Positions 62,879-64,000 of a DNA stretch of 64,000 nt are shown here, piece after piece; the first letter of the stretch is position 1, and every line of letters begins with the position of its first letter. Below the pieces are notes generated by a model, which was not told the DNA's origin, did not search any database, and saw nothing but the letters and a program-made list of their open reading frames with translations. This DNA is from Octopus sinensis (taxonomy: Eukaryota), in contig NC_043022.1 in the NCBI RefSeq assembly GCF_006345805.1, positions 992,001 to 1,056,000 on the forward strand. Reading direction: 5' to 3'. The translations under genes and the position numbers were made by a program.

Positions 62879-64000
62879 CATGCAAAGAGACATACATACA
62901 GAGAGACACTTCGACAGACTAACACACAAGTACAGATGTAAACACACATACGCACACACACACACAAGGGCGCATCAACAGATACAGACATAAGAACACA
63001 CACACACACACACATATACAGTAATGAATTCGCACAGACACATACATTAATACATTCACACAAACACACACACACGTGCACTGACATATACTCACACATA
63101 CAGACCTGCGCACACATTAATACATTCACACAAACACACACATACACAAAAGAAGATACACACAGGCAAACATTTCCTTTTCCTCATGCTACTCCTCTGT
63201 CTCTTTCTCTCTCACTTTTCTTTATATTTCCTCCTCCTCCTCCTCCTCAACTGTTCCTTTCCCTCTAAACACCTCTCCCTCTTTCTCTACCCCTTATACG
63301 CATGCGTCTATTAAACTCTTTTTCTCTCTCCACATCCGTACACCTCATCTCATCTCCCTTTTTTTCTCTCCTTCTTCTTTTACTGTCTTTTCTTCCTTTT
63401 CTCCTCTCCCTTCTACTTTTTTTATATCTTTCTTTCTCACTCTCTTACTCCATCCGTTTTTTCCCTTCTATCTTTTTCCTTTTTGTTTCTCTTCCCTTCT
63501 CTTTCCCCTTCTTTCTTCCTGTCTGTCTCCCTCTCTCTAATCCCTCTTTCTCCTTTTATTTTACTCCTTCTCTTCCTATTTCCCCCTTCTCTCTTCCTCT
63601 CTTTCTGAGCCTTTTTCTCTCTTTCTCTCTCGCCCTTCTTTCCTCCTCCTCCTCCTCCCCTCTTTCACAAGTAATGCTCACGTGTTTTGTCAGCGGGTGT
63701 ATATGTATAAATTCTATGCAGTCTATGTATATATGTGTGTATAAACTCTAGTTAAGTCGGTCCCGTAAGAGAGAAAAACTTCTAAAGTGGGACAACCGAA
63801 AACTGATTGAATAAATAATTGAGTGAAAGGTTTACTTATTTAAAAATTAGAAACGAAGATAAAAAATGTCCCGTATTTTCCGTTTAATTTCTTATATTTC
63901 TGTATTCTATTACTTTTTACATGTTTTAATGAAATATTTCCACGCTGCTGTGTGTTTTACTCTTGGACTGGTGGGATTGTTAATGGATGGAAGCACTCCG

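Noticed and set aside
141-63751. Most short ORFs in the track ([16 protein letters not shown], poly-V/T/D, and recurring SINE-derived peptides)
   Set aside because: Microsatellite or SINE translations repeated at many positions.

Overview
Eukaryotic, repeat-saturated non-coding DNA. The microsatellite load and the SINE/LINE/MITE families look like a coleoid cephalopod, most likely Octopus (recognised from memory, not verified by a search). No host protein-coding gene can be named, and almost all ORFs in the supplied track are microsatellite or minisatellite artefacts. The real coding remnants are transposon-derived: a Neptune-type Penelope-like element (PLE) with RT, GIY-YIG endonuclease and an inverted pseudo-LTR; several RTE, CR1/L2 and L1/Tx1 LINE fragments; and four Tc1/mariner relics. 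The window also holds about 25 copies of one tRNA-derived SINE, further SINE families, TTAA-type MITEs, non-autonomous Helitrons, a 3-kb 26-bp minisatellite, a 5S rRNA pseudogene and a tRNA-like copy. The most notable signal is four unrelated families of type I hammerhead-ribozyme-like motifs. Together they show three states of the catalytic 3:8 tertiary pair (C:G, G:C, U:A). Two of them sit in short insertions flanked by 11-12 bp target-site duplications, which suggests PLE-mobilised, ribozyme-bearing non-autonomous elements (retrozyme-like). All folds were derived by eye and none has been tested.
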